From the NCBI GenBank assembly GCA_964252035.1, contig OZ176215.1: a stretch of 64,000 nucleotides of DNA; one strand, 5' to 3'. Positions 22,395 through 33,900 of the stretch are shown one piece after another. The stretch comes from Podarcis erhardii. Taxonomy: Eukaryota. The notes below the pieces were generated by a model. The model was not told where the DNA came from. It searched no databases and saw nothing but the letters and a program-made list of their open reading frames with translations. Position 1 is the first letter of the stretch. The number at the start of each line of letters is the position of its first letter. The translations under genes and the position numbers were made by a program.

Positions 22395-24561
22395 TTCTGT
22401 TCAAGGTCAAGTAGCTGGTCCCACGGTCTGATTTTCACAGCTGTTATATCTTCTCTGTAGGTTGCAGCAAACAAGCTGACAAACTCCCTCTAGAGGACAC
22501 AGTTTCTATTTAACGTCCATCTTTAAAATGTATCCAACAAAGGAAAACATTCACTTTCAATTTTCAAATACTTTGTTTCCTTACCATACAATATAAAAAA
22601 GCAGAAAACAGCATTGAAGTTACTTTGTTTCTCTTCTGTTTCTATCTGTCAAAAGTATTCCGTTTTCAATTAATGGACATCTCCAACAATTTCTGTCTGA
22701 CGTCCCGTCCCCAAGTTAGGGACGATGGAGCTTATATTCCTTTACTCTCTCTGCAGGATTAAAAAGTCAAAACTTCTTCCCCCCTTTTCCCCTGCCGTCA
22801 AGGGGGTTTTGATGGTTATAAATGCAGGAAATTTCAATCTTAGAATCAGATTTCCAGGTTAAAGCATACAGAGTCTTTTGCTTCAGTCTGTTTACAAAAA
22901 GCGGAAGGCGGACTTCCTGTTTAGACCTTCCTGCTTCATTGCCTAATTCTTAAATTTTCTTAGCCAAATCTTCCGTTTTTACTCACGGGTGCTTGTTTAA
23001 AGTCGAATTGTCACAGGAAAGAGGACAGTGCTCTCCAGCATCGGCTATGCAGCTTCGCTCCGCAGAAGTAGCGATTGACTCTCAGCACCGCGCCAAACAC
23101 CCCGTCCCGCTCCGGAGCCCTTTGCAGGGTTCCTTTGCCAATCGGGGGGGGGGCGCAAAAGGTGCCCGCCGAGTCCCACAGTCGCAGGCTTCACCCGCCT
23201 GCGGTTTTCGGAAGGGTCCCCGCTTCGCTGTAGCGGCAGGACCCGATTTCTGCAGAGCTTCTCCCTCTAAGTTAGAGGGAATCCGCCATTGCCGCCGCTG
23301 CCTCCGGAAGTCCTTTGCCTGGTTTCATTTTCATCAGGATTCCCTGACATTCCTACACAGATTCTGTGCTGCTTCAAACCATTCTCTCCCAGCCTGCTAT
23401 GGCTCACTTCCTGTGCTGGAAAAAACAGACTCTCTCCCTGCTCTTCACTCCTGCATTATAGCCAGTCTGGAAGGCAAGTGTTTTGCAAACCAATGGCACT
23501 TTAGTCTGGCCCTAACTTAACCGTCATTGGTTTATATGGGACTAAGTGTGACTGGATCCAACCTAGGATGTGTTTGTGACCAGCACATGCTTTCAGGTGT
23601 GTGCATCATAGAAACTATTCCAGGTAGTGAGGAACTGGTTATGGCTCTTCATTGTGTATACATATAGCAGAAAATGCATATTGCTGCTCAAATGAAGTGA
23701 ATTTCTAAAGTGGCCTCCCCAAACCTGGTCCACTGCAGGGGTTTTGGATCATTTATGATTCCATTTATTTCCTTTCACGAAAAAGAGAATATCTCCAAGT
23801 GACTCCACTAAAATATATCCACTAAAACAAAGAAAACACGTTTAAAATGTTAATGCAGTCTGCTATGCCAACAGGGGGTTGTCAGAGGAGTTGTATTCCA
23901 CAACACCTGGAGGGGGGCAGGTTGGAGAAGACTACTTTGTTTTGAAATGCCACGAAACTCCTACATCAAAAGCATGTCTCTAAAGGCGTGAGCATGCAAC
24001 ATAGACTCTTGCATTTCACAGTACACACATCTTTGTTTTGCTCCTTACTGATGTGCTGGAAACAGACAGGTTAGTGTGGCTTTCATTGCAGGAATGAATC
24101 CAACACATTTGATTGTCAACTATATTTCAAAGTAGCCTTATATCAGTGGTGGAGGGGGTGGAGTTTCTGAGCTACCAAAAGGTTAGCTCAGTTAACAGTT
24201 CTTACTATGCTCCAGGTTGGGCAACTAGTGGACTAAAAATAGGGGCAGAAGAGATTCTGCATTGATCTGCAGCTTGTTTTTATGCCCATGGACACCTGCT
24301 GTCTCAGATACCAAAGCTCAAATATTTGCAGTATGGATTCTGGTGGACATATTTTGTTTACTGTTTTCAAGTGTTGACCTTTTGGATGCCTAGTATACTG
24401 AAACACCAGCTTGCTTGTTTTTAAAAGTGTGGGTTCTGAAATCTGGTTTTGTGGGGGGGGGGATCAACCCATTGGGCTAATCCGGGCCAATATCCAATAC
24501 ATCCATTGAAAGCAGTTCTGCATTAATTACTGTATCTGAATTTGAGAGGGAGATGTCTGGC

Positions 24562-24706
24562 CATGGGTGTAGCTGGGGGGGGGGCAGCGAAGGGCAGCTG
24601 CTCCCCCTAAATCGATAAAAATCAATATAAATACATAGCTAACTGCGGTTCTGCCCCCACAACAAAAGGACTGCCCACCCTAATAAAAATCCTGGCTACT
24701 CCCATG
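24562..24706. mobile_element. hAT MITE
   Basis: catgggtgtagc...ggctactcccatg with perfect 8-bp TSD tgtctggc (24554-24561, 24707-24714). Confidence 0.9.
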
Positions 24707-24750
24707 TGTCTGGCCAAGGGGGTAGAAGGGGTTACATTTGTGGGGAGCTG

Positions 24751-24769
24751 AGACCAGCAGGGGGGCTGC
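24751..24769 (+). promoter_or_regulatory. Candidate CTCF motif
   Basis: agaccagcagggggctgca fits the CCASYAGRKGGC core with one flank mismatch. Motif match only. Confidence 0.35.
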
Positions 24770-24816
24770 ACTCTTAGCTTACATTTTCAAAAAGTAAGTC
24801 CCTACATGCTCTATTT

Positions 24817-24982
24817 CAGGGGTCAGCAAACTTTTTCAGCCGGGGGCCCGTCCACTGTCCCTCAGACCTTGTGGGGGGCCAGACTGTATTTTGAAGAAAA
24901 AAATGAACGAATTCCTATGCCCCACAAATAACCCAGAGATGCATTTTGAATAAAAGCACACTTTCTACTCATGTAAAAACAC
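24817..24982. mobile_element. hAT-Charlie fragment resembling OposCharlie1 (OC1)-type elements
   Basis: caggggtcagcaaactttttcagccgggggcccgtccactgtccctcagacc...atgaacgaattcctatgc; family assignment from memory; only one end present. Confidence 0.5.
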
Positions 24983-26074
24983 AGTGAATTTCTGGTGCTA
25001 GGAAAGCAGAGCCTATGAATTGTGCAAACCTAAAATTCTTATATGTGCTTGAATCCTTCCTGCAGTTGTGGAGGAACACAAAATAATTCAGGCCAAAGAT
25101 CAATTTTCTCGGGCAGCTGTTAAGCTTTCCTCCCTCCCGCCCCCCTCCTGGTAAAAGTACGCTTAAATGTTTCAGGCTTCCTTTCAAGCTTCAAAGAGGG
25201 GACCAAAAGTCTCCAGATGGCGTTTAGTGTTATTACTAAGACAAAAGGCTTCATCAAATTACACATTTACATCATGAAGGCGTTTTGATTGTTCCCAAAA
25301 GGTGAAATTCAAAGTGGAGGGCTGGCTTCCAGGGGCTGACTTTGTACAGAAAGCAGGTCAAGGGACTGACTACACTACTGAGTAACACAGGTCCAACTCC
25401 CCAGGGATTTCTCCCTTTCGCATAAGTATCCACACCTGTTCCATATTCTTTGCTGCTTCATGGTGAAAGTTGGCCTCCCACGGTGGTAGCACATTTTCAG
25501 GGCACTGCCTGGAAAAGGACGTCTCCAGTTTCCTTCTGTGCCAAGCGGATCTGCCCCCCTTATAACCAGATCCCACTCTAGGTCCTCTCTGTAGAAATAC
25601 ATGCAGTTCAGTTCTGCTGAATGGAGCAGCATGAAGGTTGGATCCCTGCTGTTGTATCTCCTGCAGGGGAACCTGACAATCTAAAAACCTGGCCATTCAC
25701 AACTGATGGCAGTGCATATATATTTTGCAACTCAAGGCTTGGATACGTTCTGTATACAAGAAGTTCAGGTTGTCTCTCAGCACTGGGGGGGGGGGGTAGA
25801 CCAGACTGGGCTGGATGGTTGGATCCAGTTCATTTGGGTGGATTACTAGAAGCAATCAACCCAAGTGAGAGGCAAAACTGGTTTTGAGTGGTGGCAATAT
25901 GCTTAGAATTAATGAAGAAAGAGGCTTTGAGCACATCTTGAGCCCACTAACTGGTTTTCAGTTCCAGAACTGAGCTCATAGCTTTATCATATAGTTTTGG
26001 GATTCAGGCTGGCTTGGCTTTTTGGTTTTTTGTAAACAAAAGAGTTTACTATACTATACACCACCATCCCAGGT

Positions 26075-26410
26075 AGAACCTTTTTGGCACAAAGGTGGAG
26101 AAGAAGTCTAGTACCTCCTAAGGAAGAATGGCAGTGTCAAATGCTTGAATATGCTGAACTGGCTGGTCTGACGAACAGGATAAGGGAAAACAAATATAAG
26201 GAATATAAGGAGGAATGGACAATGTTTCAAGAACCAGTATAGACAAATAAATAGCTTAGCAGGTCTTGAGTAAATCCAGCAGAGTTGAAATAGATAAAAG
26301 TATTTAACAGATAACAGTTTGGATGATTAAAAGATGTGGATTATGTGGAGTAGTAGAAAAGCAAAGGAACCAGGAAAAGAGCGAGAGAGAAGTCATGCTG
26401 TGTTTGGTAT
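26075..26410 (+). mobile_element. L1/Tx1 ORF2 3' end and 3'UTR fragment
   Basis: Translation AQRWRRSLVPPKEEWQCQMLEYAELAGLTNRIRENKYKEYKEEW resembles the squamate L1 ORF2 C-terminus. Confidence 0.7.
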
Positions 26411-26969
26411 GAAGTTTAAGTGGGATTTTTAGTTCCATGCTGGCTTGTCTTGAGGAGCCTTGTCTGTGGGCACCTTATTTGCCAAACAGGAAAAAGCAAA
26501 AGCAAGGCCCCTGCAAGTGATCTTGGGGCTCAATCTGCTCTCGTGGTTTGGCAGGCAAATAGCAACTCCTCACTCAACCCTCCTGGCAGGAGCAGCATAG
26601 CACCGCCTCCTTCTCTTTGGACCCCTAGCAGACCATCTCCGTGCTGTTGGACTGGACTCCATTTCCAAGGCCAGCAAGGAGAGAGGCTGGAGGAAGCAGG
26701 AGGCCATGGGGCGACCACCAAGCTCATTGGCAGAGTACCTGCAGTGCACACAGACGTTCCCAGCATCTCCAGCAGTGGCAAACTTTGGGCTTTAGAATTT
26801 CAAGGCAGCCCTGGGCAATGCTAACATTTGGAAACCCCTCCTGCGGTGTCCTCTCAGTTCGGCGGCCAGTGCAGGTGAACTGATCATGGCCCCCAACTCT
26901 ACCTCTGTCTCCAAATCAAAGGTTCAGGCAGCAGGGGGTAGAAAATACACCCTCTGCTTGTGTCTCAGC

Positions 26970-27119
26970 ATACCTCAGTGGGTTAGAGCATGGTGCTGAT
27001 AACTCAAAGGTTGCAGGTTTGATCCCCATAAGGGACAGCTGCATATTCCTGCATTGCAGGGGGGTTGACTAGATGGTCCTCATGGTCCCTTCCAACTCTG
27101 CAATTCTATGATTCTATGA
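26970..27119 (+). mobile_element. tRNA(Ile)-derived SINE with CR1 tail (Squam2-like)
   Basis: ctcagtgggttagagcatggtgctgataac...aggtttgatcccc head fused to gcattgcagggggttgactagatg...ttctatgattctatg. Confidence 0.75.
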
Positions 27120-27464
27120 CCCTGAAGAGCCACTACCTGCCAGAGTAGATATTACTGGGATATATGTCCATCTATATAGTCTGATCTGGTTGCTTTCTAT
27201 GCTTATTGAAGTTCATGGCTTCTTTTAATACCAGGTCTCGCCAACCCAGCGGCTCCATGCTGGCTGCCAATTATAAGAGACAGACTTGTGCATTATTGGC
27301 ACTGGAAGAGAGATCTGAGACTATGCAGTTCTTAGTAGCCCACTATTCTGAAACCGCATCTCAGACTGCAAGGTTCTTGGGCCCATACCCCAGAAACCCT
27401 GGCACACAGATTTGCCAGTGCTACTGCTAACAGAGAACTGTTAGATAAATGCAATTTATTTATT

Positions 27465-27760
27465 TATTATTATTTCATAAGCTTATACATCGCTGGATCT
27501 TTAAAAAAACTCAAAGCGGTTTAAAAAAAGATAAAACAACAAAATCAAGGAAAAAATTACAAGCCCACTTAAAAAACCCCAAAAGTTAAAATGCTGAGAT
27601 TTAGAATGCCTTGACTTTCTTAGCACCTGGACAGGCTTGTCCATACAGGGATGCTTTGGACAGGTCCCAAAAAGGTGAAGGCACCTGCTTGATCTCAACA
27701 GGCAGAGAGTTTCAAAGTGCAGGTGCTGCCACAGTAAATGATCGAGTTCCTACAAATGCA
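27465..27760 (-). mobile_element. L2 LINE 3' end
   Basis: (ttta)n tail followed by aggcagagagtttcaaagtgcaggtgctgccac, the L2 3' region in reverse orientation. Confidence 0.55.
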
Positions 27761-29810
27761 GAGCCAGTGTTATATGGCGCCCATATTGGTGCCAATTGTG
27801 CCGATTGAAGCAGTCAAGTTGCCATGTCATGAATGCATTAACTTTGTTGCTGATATAACTAGCAATAAAGGGCAGCTTTGGTAAGTAAGGGAGGCGATTA
27901 TGGATTTCGGCTAGACTGGCATTGTGATGCCCTTTAGTACAGGAACAGAATCTGTGGCTGTTGCTGAGCTCCCAGTTCCCATCAACCCCAGGCAGCATGA
28001 CCAGTGACCAGTGCTCAGGATGATGGGAACTGGAGTCAAACACCCTCTGGAGTCTGCCCCCCGCTGCTTCAGAGCACCCATCAATCTTTGGCTCTACATG
28101 TATGGTAAGCAAACCTCTTTGCTCCTCCTGCCATCTCTTCTCTTTTATTAAATTTGACATCAGTTCTGGGCTGCTTGAAACTCAACCCTTCCAACTCCCA
28201 GGCTGTGGCAAGTGATTTATTATGGTTCTGCTGGCTGGACCCCTTAAATATTAATTTCAGTAATTATTAGAGGCAAGAAAAGTGAGAGATAAATAAAGGT
28301 TAACATAAATTTGTACACAAAAAATGGGAGCAGAAAGAGAGATGCCCTACTATTTGCCACCTACGCTGCTATTCTGGGGGAGACAATAGATTCTCACCCT
28401 CTGGCTGGGATTTTGAGCGCCCCAAAGTCTTCAGATCACTAATATAACAATGAACAGCATCCCACAGCTGCTCTAACTTTTCCTCCACAATTCCTGCCAA
28501 CCTTGAAAACCTTTAATGCACTGCCAAAATCTACTCTTTAGCCTGCTGCATCATTATCAGAGATCACATTTAATTTCGTGGCAAGGCTCCAGGAACTGAT
28601 GAATGATTTGTTTTGGATTGCAATTGTCAGGGGAGCAGGGAACGCTTCCTGTTGTGAGGAATGTAAGAGACGCTACCTGCTCATCTTTTGGGCCAAGGAT
28701 GTGACTGTCCAGTAGAATCCAGTATAACAGCAGCAACACCACCACCACCTCTTTGCTTTCCTGGAGGGAAAAGACTGGCTGCCCATTCTGTCAAACTGGA
28801 AACTATTTTCCAGGCACTCCTTGGGATACCTACCATCCACATTGCCCACGACAACATAGGGAAACTCTTCTGGGAACTTCCTGGAGACCAACCAATTTTC
28901 CTCTGTCCAGAACGATAGAGGGGGAGGGAATGAGTGAGTAGGTTATAGAATGGCTCAGTCTTTCTCCTTCCTACTTCCAGACTTCCCTGCCCCCCCCCCC
29001 AAAGGCAGATGAGAAGTGGCAGTGGGGGTTAGAGCCAGAATTGTTTGGAATAATCTTACTATCTAGATCTGACCTGGCAGTGGCAGACTTGATGCTCTGT
29101 GCAAAACCAAAATTTGATGCCCCCCCAGCCCTTGTGCTGCCTTTCCAAAGGCAGGAAAGGAGGCATCTGGCTTTGGGAAGGAGGAGCGGGGGCTCTGGCA
29201 GGGTCCTAGAGCCTTTTCCTAGCTTGGAAAGCACTAACTAAGCTTTGGGAAGGAAGTGGGAGGACTCTGGGCTCTGTCTGAGCCCCCACCTCCTTCCCAA
29301 AGCCCAGCACCTCACTTCCTGGTCTTTGAGATGGTGCCCTCTCAGCTCAGTGCCCAGTGGAGGTGCATCATTCCTACAGCCAATCAATTCCTACAGCCCC
29401 TGCTTCTGGAGACTGCAAAGTTCCCCAGAGGCCAGTCGAAGGAAAGCCTAGTAGTCACAGCACCATTCTGAGCTGATGTCCATTGAGTTCAAGAAGCATC
29501 TTTCAGTTTCTCCAGCATAATATAGAGTTGGGCTATGAACCCACAAGCTGGACTTGGGATGGAAGGTTCTGACAATTTCGGCTTTCTCAGTTTTGACTTT
29601 TCCAAGCTTCAATTCACATTTAAGATCTACATTTCTCTAGCAATCTGCAAATTTTCTTTCAAAAAATCCTCATGAAAATTCTTAAGCTTTTTAGTGTGAA
29701 ATTCCCATAATAAACACATTTTTGTATCCAGTTTGGGTGAACAAATTTTGAATGATGGCTAGAGTAGGGTCTTACATTCCCCTAATATGTACCTCATTTG
29801 GGGATGTGGT

Positions 29811-31880
29811 TATAATAATAATATTATAATAATTTATTATTTATACCCCGCCCATCTGGCTGGGTTTCCCCAGCCACTCTGGGTGGCTTCCAACAAAATA
29901 TTAAAAATACAATAAAATATCAGACATGAAAAACTTCCCTAAACAGGGCTGCCTTCAGATGTCTTCTGAAAGTGAGATAGTTGTTTATTTCCTTGACATC
30001 TGATGGGAGGGTGTTCTACAGAGCAGGCGCCACCACCAAGAAGGCGCTCTGCCTGGTTCTCTGTAACCTCACTTGCAGGGAGGGAACCACCAATAGCCCT
30101 TTGGAGCTGGACCGCAATGGGGTGGAAATGCTCCTTCAGGTATACAGGGCTGTTTAGGGCTTTAAACGTCAGCACCAACACGTTGAATTGTGCTCATAAA
30201 TGTACTGGAAGCCAATGTAGGTCTTTTAAGACCAGTGTTATATTGTCTTGTCGGCCACTCAGTGGCATAGCAAGGTCAGGTGGTACCCGGTGCAGAAAAT
30301 TTCTTCTCACCACCCTACATTGAATTTTTAATTTATTTTTGCCTGCAAAAATGGTTTGACTTTATTTCATATTCTCTTCCAAAGGAATGTGGATTCTGGG
30401 CCTCTGATAACAAGTAGGCGACTGTTGACAGATACTTAATTCTACAGGATGGGTTGTGTTTGGCTTGTGTTATTTTATTTATATTTATTATTTATTTATT
30501 TAATACAATTTAATTTAAAAAACAACCTGCAAAGTGGTTTACCAAAACAAAAAACAAAACTAAAAAACACCACAGCAGTAAAATCAAGAAAAATTAACAC
30601 CCTGCTTTAAAACATACAGAAGCTAAAATATTAAAACCGATGAAAATTACTTCAACTTCCTAAGCATCTAGGAGGTATGCTTGCCTAAACAAGAATGCTT
30701 TTAGCAGGTGCAAAGGCACGTGCTTCATTGCAAGAGGCTGGGAGATCCAAACAATGCAGTACAGATATTATGTGGAACCTGAAGTAGTGCTTGAAACTAC
30801 GGAAGGGGAGGTTTTATTTATTGTGATTCCACCATGCTATGTATTATCTGAAAAGGAAAACATTTATTTAAAAAGCAGGACTGCACAGCAGCAATCTATT
30901 CACCTGCAAGTCTCATCATGATCAGTGGGACCTATTCCCGAGCTGAAGGTGCATAAGATGGGCTGCAGCCCTATTCACCCCTTGCATCCAACTTGTAGCT
31001 AAAAATCTGCACAAGCGAGAATTGTAGAGTTGGAAGGGACCCCTGAGGGTCATCTAGCCAACTCCCTGGGGCAATGCAGGAATCTCAACTAGACCATCCC
31101 TGACTGATGGCCATCCAGCCTCTGTTTAAGATCTCCAAGGAGAGGGGAATACTTTCCACTGTCAAACAGCTCTGCCTGCCAGAAAGCTCTTCCTGATGTT
31201 TTGACAGCTCGGGGGAGGCTTGGGAGTCGTGGGTGGGCGGCGTGCCATTGTCCTGCGCTCCCGGGCTGCTTTGGGGGGAGGAGCCTTCCAAGCTTCCCCT
31301 GAGCTGTCCAAATGAAGGGAGAAGGGGGGACACCCAGGAGTGTGGGGCAACGACGCACAGCCTGCCCACAGCCTGCCCACAACCCCCAAGCTTCCCCTGA
31401 GCTGTCAAAACGAAGGGGGAAGGCCGCCGGCAAAGCAGTGCAGCTCCCCGCCCCCCCGCCAGGAAGCAGCACAGGAGCTGCCATTTTGTCACACACACCC
31501 CTCAGTAATGACACCCAGGTCAGCCCACACACCCCTTCCTATGCCACTGTGGCCGCTCCCAGTCCCCAGTCTAGCTGCCGCATTCTGGATTAATTGTAGT
31601 TTCCGGGTCACCTTCAAAGGTAGCCCCACATAGAGCGCATTGCAGTAGTCCAAGCGAGAGATAACTAGAGCATGCACCACTCTGGCGAGACAGTCTGTGG
31701 GCAGGGAGGGTCTCATCCTGCGTACCAGGTGGAGCTGGTAGACAGTTGCCCTGGACACAGAAGTAACCTGCACCTCCATGGACAGCTGTGAGTCCAAAAT
31801 GACTCCCAGGCTGTACACCTGGTCCTTCAGGGGCACAGTGACCCCATTCAGGACCCGGGAGTCCTCCACACCTGTTTGCC
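29811..31880 (-). mobile_element. L2 LINE 3' portion, split by a hAT insertion at 30260-31549
   Basis: ORF 31489-31893 (LGVILDSQLSM...HALVISRLDYCNALYVGLP...LQLIQNAAARL) continues into 29939-30181 and an (aat)n tail at ~29815. Confidence 0.9.
30260..31549. mobile_element. Non-autonomous hAT element (1290 bp) containing L2- and CR1-tail fragments
   Basis: TIRs cagtggcatag / ctatgccactg; TSD cggccact / tggccgct, both derivable from cggccgct by CpG decay; L2 sequence is continuous across it. Confidence 0.85.
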
Positions 31881-32669
31881 CCCTGTCTCTCAAAACAGTA
31901 CTTCTGTCTTGTCAGGATTCAACCCCAATCTGTTAGCTGCCATCCTTCTTTACATCCTTCTTGTTATACCCTCTTACCTTGTGTGATATTGACTATTCCA
32001 GCCCCCTCTTGCCACTGCTGACCTCCTCCCTCCCTCCTACTCATTCCTTATACGTTTTTTTTTATGTGTTAAAACCCACATGAAATGGTCACCACCTGTA
32101 ATAAAATAGTTGACGCTAGGCAGTCTTGACTGGCCTTTCTCAATCTTGTCTCCCCAGGTGTTGGACTACAACTCCCATCATGATGGGACACAAGGTTAAG
32201 AAAGGCCTGCCTAGAAAATAGAAGGTGCAAATTAGGCCCAGACCAATCCACCAAGCACAAATGTGCAGAGAGGGCTTGTTTATTGCCATAAATGCCCTAC
32301 CCGCCTACTGCAAAGTCTTTGCCAGAGAATGCCCACACCCCCTTTTGCCAAGGCGGACCACGGGTTTTTCCAGTTCAGCATTGTCTGCACTGGCAAGGCT
32401 CCTTCCCAGCCTTATTCAACTAGGGACCTTCTACCACTTTCCCCAAACTACAGCCTGACTCCAGGTTCTCCAGGTTTTCACCTAAGGAAGAATCACACCA
32501 CGAGGCCAACGAGGCTGAACCTGTTGACTTTTCTGCATCAGTCCCATTCTGCATTCTGTTTCTGCCTCATGCAAGAACTGGTTTTTATATAGTTTTATCT
32601 AATTTATTTAGAATACCAAGAGCTGCTTTTATATAATCTGATGAACGGAGCCTCAGCTGCTCATGGCTG

Positions 32670-33070
32670 AGGAATGGGGCAAATCTGTCAGTTTTGGTTT
32701 CTCTCATTCTTCTAGTCTTAAGTTCAGTTCTCCACATTTCTGCAGCAGTTTGCAATTAAAATAAAAAATAAGTCCTTATGACAATTCATCAGCATTTCAG
32801 TGCAGATATATTTTAATATATACATTTCTGTATTTGATTTTGTTAAACTTGCACATTTTTCGCAAAGCAATTTTCCTTAATATAGTTAATTTTTTATGCT
32901 GTTTACATGAATATATTAAGTTTTGTGCACACATTACCCTAGTATATGTGATTTTGTAAACATTACTTAGCTAGAGAACTGCACTGCAAAATTCAAGGGA
33001 ATGAGAATTTTGAAGGATCACACATGGTTTCAGAAAGTGTGGATTAGGTAGGTTTGCCTTTAAATGTGAG
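32670..33070. repeat. AT-rich interspersed repeat; further copies at ~29560-29760 and ~35276-35620
   Basis: Shared ...ttaagttcagttct(c)cacattt...atgaaaattc...cacatttttgtatgcagttt motifs in three places. Confidence 0.6.
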
Positions 33071-33129
33071 TGGAATCAGATTTCTCCTTTATCCTGACTC
33101 AGGGCTGTGATTTATTTTTCCAGTTTATA

Positions 33130-33900
33130 TTTGCACATCATACATTTTTCATCATACATGGTTTCTATAGAGATTTCCCAACTCATCACGCCATGGCATT
33201 CTAAGTATCCCTTGTTTTGCTGCATATCTGTTAGTTTTTCTACCCCATTTCCCTCCCATCAATTTCTTTGTTGTTGTTAACTGTTGCTCAAAGTACTACC
33301 CCTACTTGTAGAACAGTTTTGGTGTCATATCATTTTAGGTATTCTTCAAAATATTCCCACTCGCCCCTTATTTTGGCTGTCATATTTTCTAGTTCTGCAA
33401 GCATCAGTTTATACAGCCATTGCTCTTTTGTTGGAATACCTCTTTCTTCCCAATTCCTGGCATTTGCTTTTCAAGCTGCAGCTGCTGCATAGAGGAATAA
33501 ATTATATGCCTTTTTTGGTATCTGTTTTAATTCCTCACGTACCATCTCCCAAAATTCTTTGGCATGTTTGCCCCACCACCACATACGCATAAGAGAGCCT
33601 TCCACCTCTGAGCACTTCCAACAGAATTTAGACCCTCTTTTATACATTTCAACGTGTTTGCTGGCATTAACTACCACCTGTAAACCACCTTTTGTATATT
33701 TCCGTTTATCAAATAACAGGTCGCAAAATTCATTGTTCTATTCCTTAGCTGCTGTTTCAATGTTGTGTCCAATAACTATTGCCCAGGGTAACATTGCAGT
33801 TGTAACTAATTCATCTTTAGTCTCCCACTCTAATAAGATTTTATATGTTTTATATATTAGGTGTGTTTTTTTGTTATTTCCCAATACTGTGTGTTGCTTC
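33130..33900 (-). mobile_element. L1/Tx1 ORF2 C-terminal fragment
   Basis: ORF 33471-33677 KFCWKCSEVEGSLMRMWWWGKHAKEFWEMV resembles the L1 C-terminal Cys motif. Ends are approximate. Confidence 0.7.

Larger units (their letters stand above)
20470..23313 (-). mobile_element. Full-length non-autonomous L1-like retroelement lacking EN/RT (HAL1-like), single ORF
   Basis: 13-bp TSD tttgcctggtttc at 20457-20469 and 23314-23326. The 5' end ggacttccgg...aatggcgg opens a CpG-rich ~320-bp head. The 3' end has a T-rich tract, AATAAA and an A tail. No EN or RT motifs inside. Confidence 0.85.

Noticed and set aside
22993-23520. 175-aa + strand ORF
   Set aside because: Starts at a non-ATG codon, runs antisense through the GC-rich retroelement head and crosses its TSD; a compositional artefact.
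26970-27045. tRNA-Ile-like sequence (also tRNA-like heads at ~18420-18490 and 53401)
   Set aside because: Degenerate stems and direct fusion to CR1/L2 tails identify these as SINE heads, not tRNA genes.
28673-28891. Minus-strand segment with AG/GT sites (EEFPYVVVGNVDG) as a possible exon of an unknown gene
   Set aside because: Only 47 nt between the sites, no partner exons found and no recognisable family.
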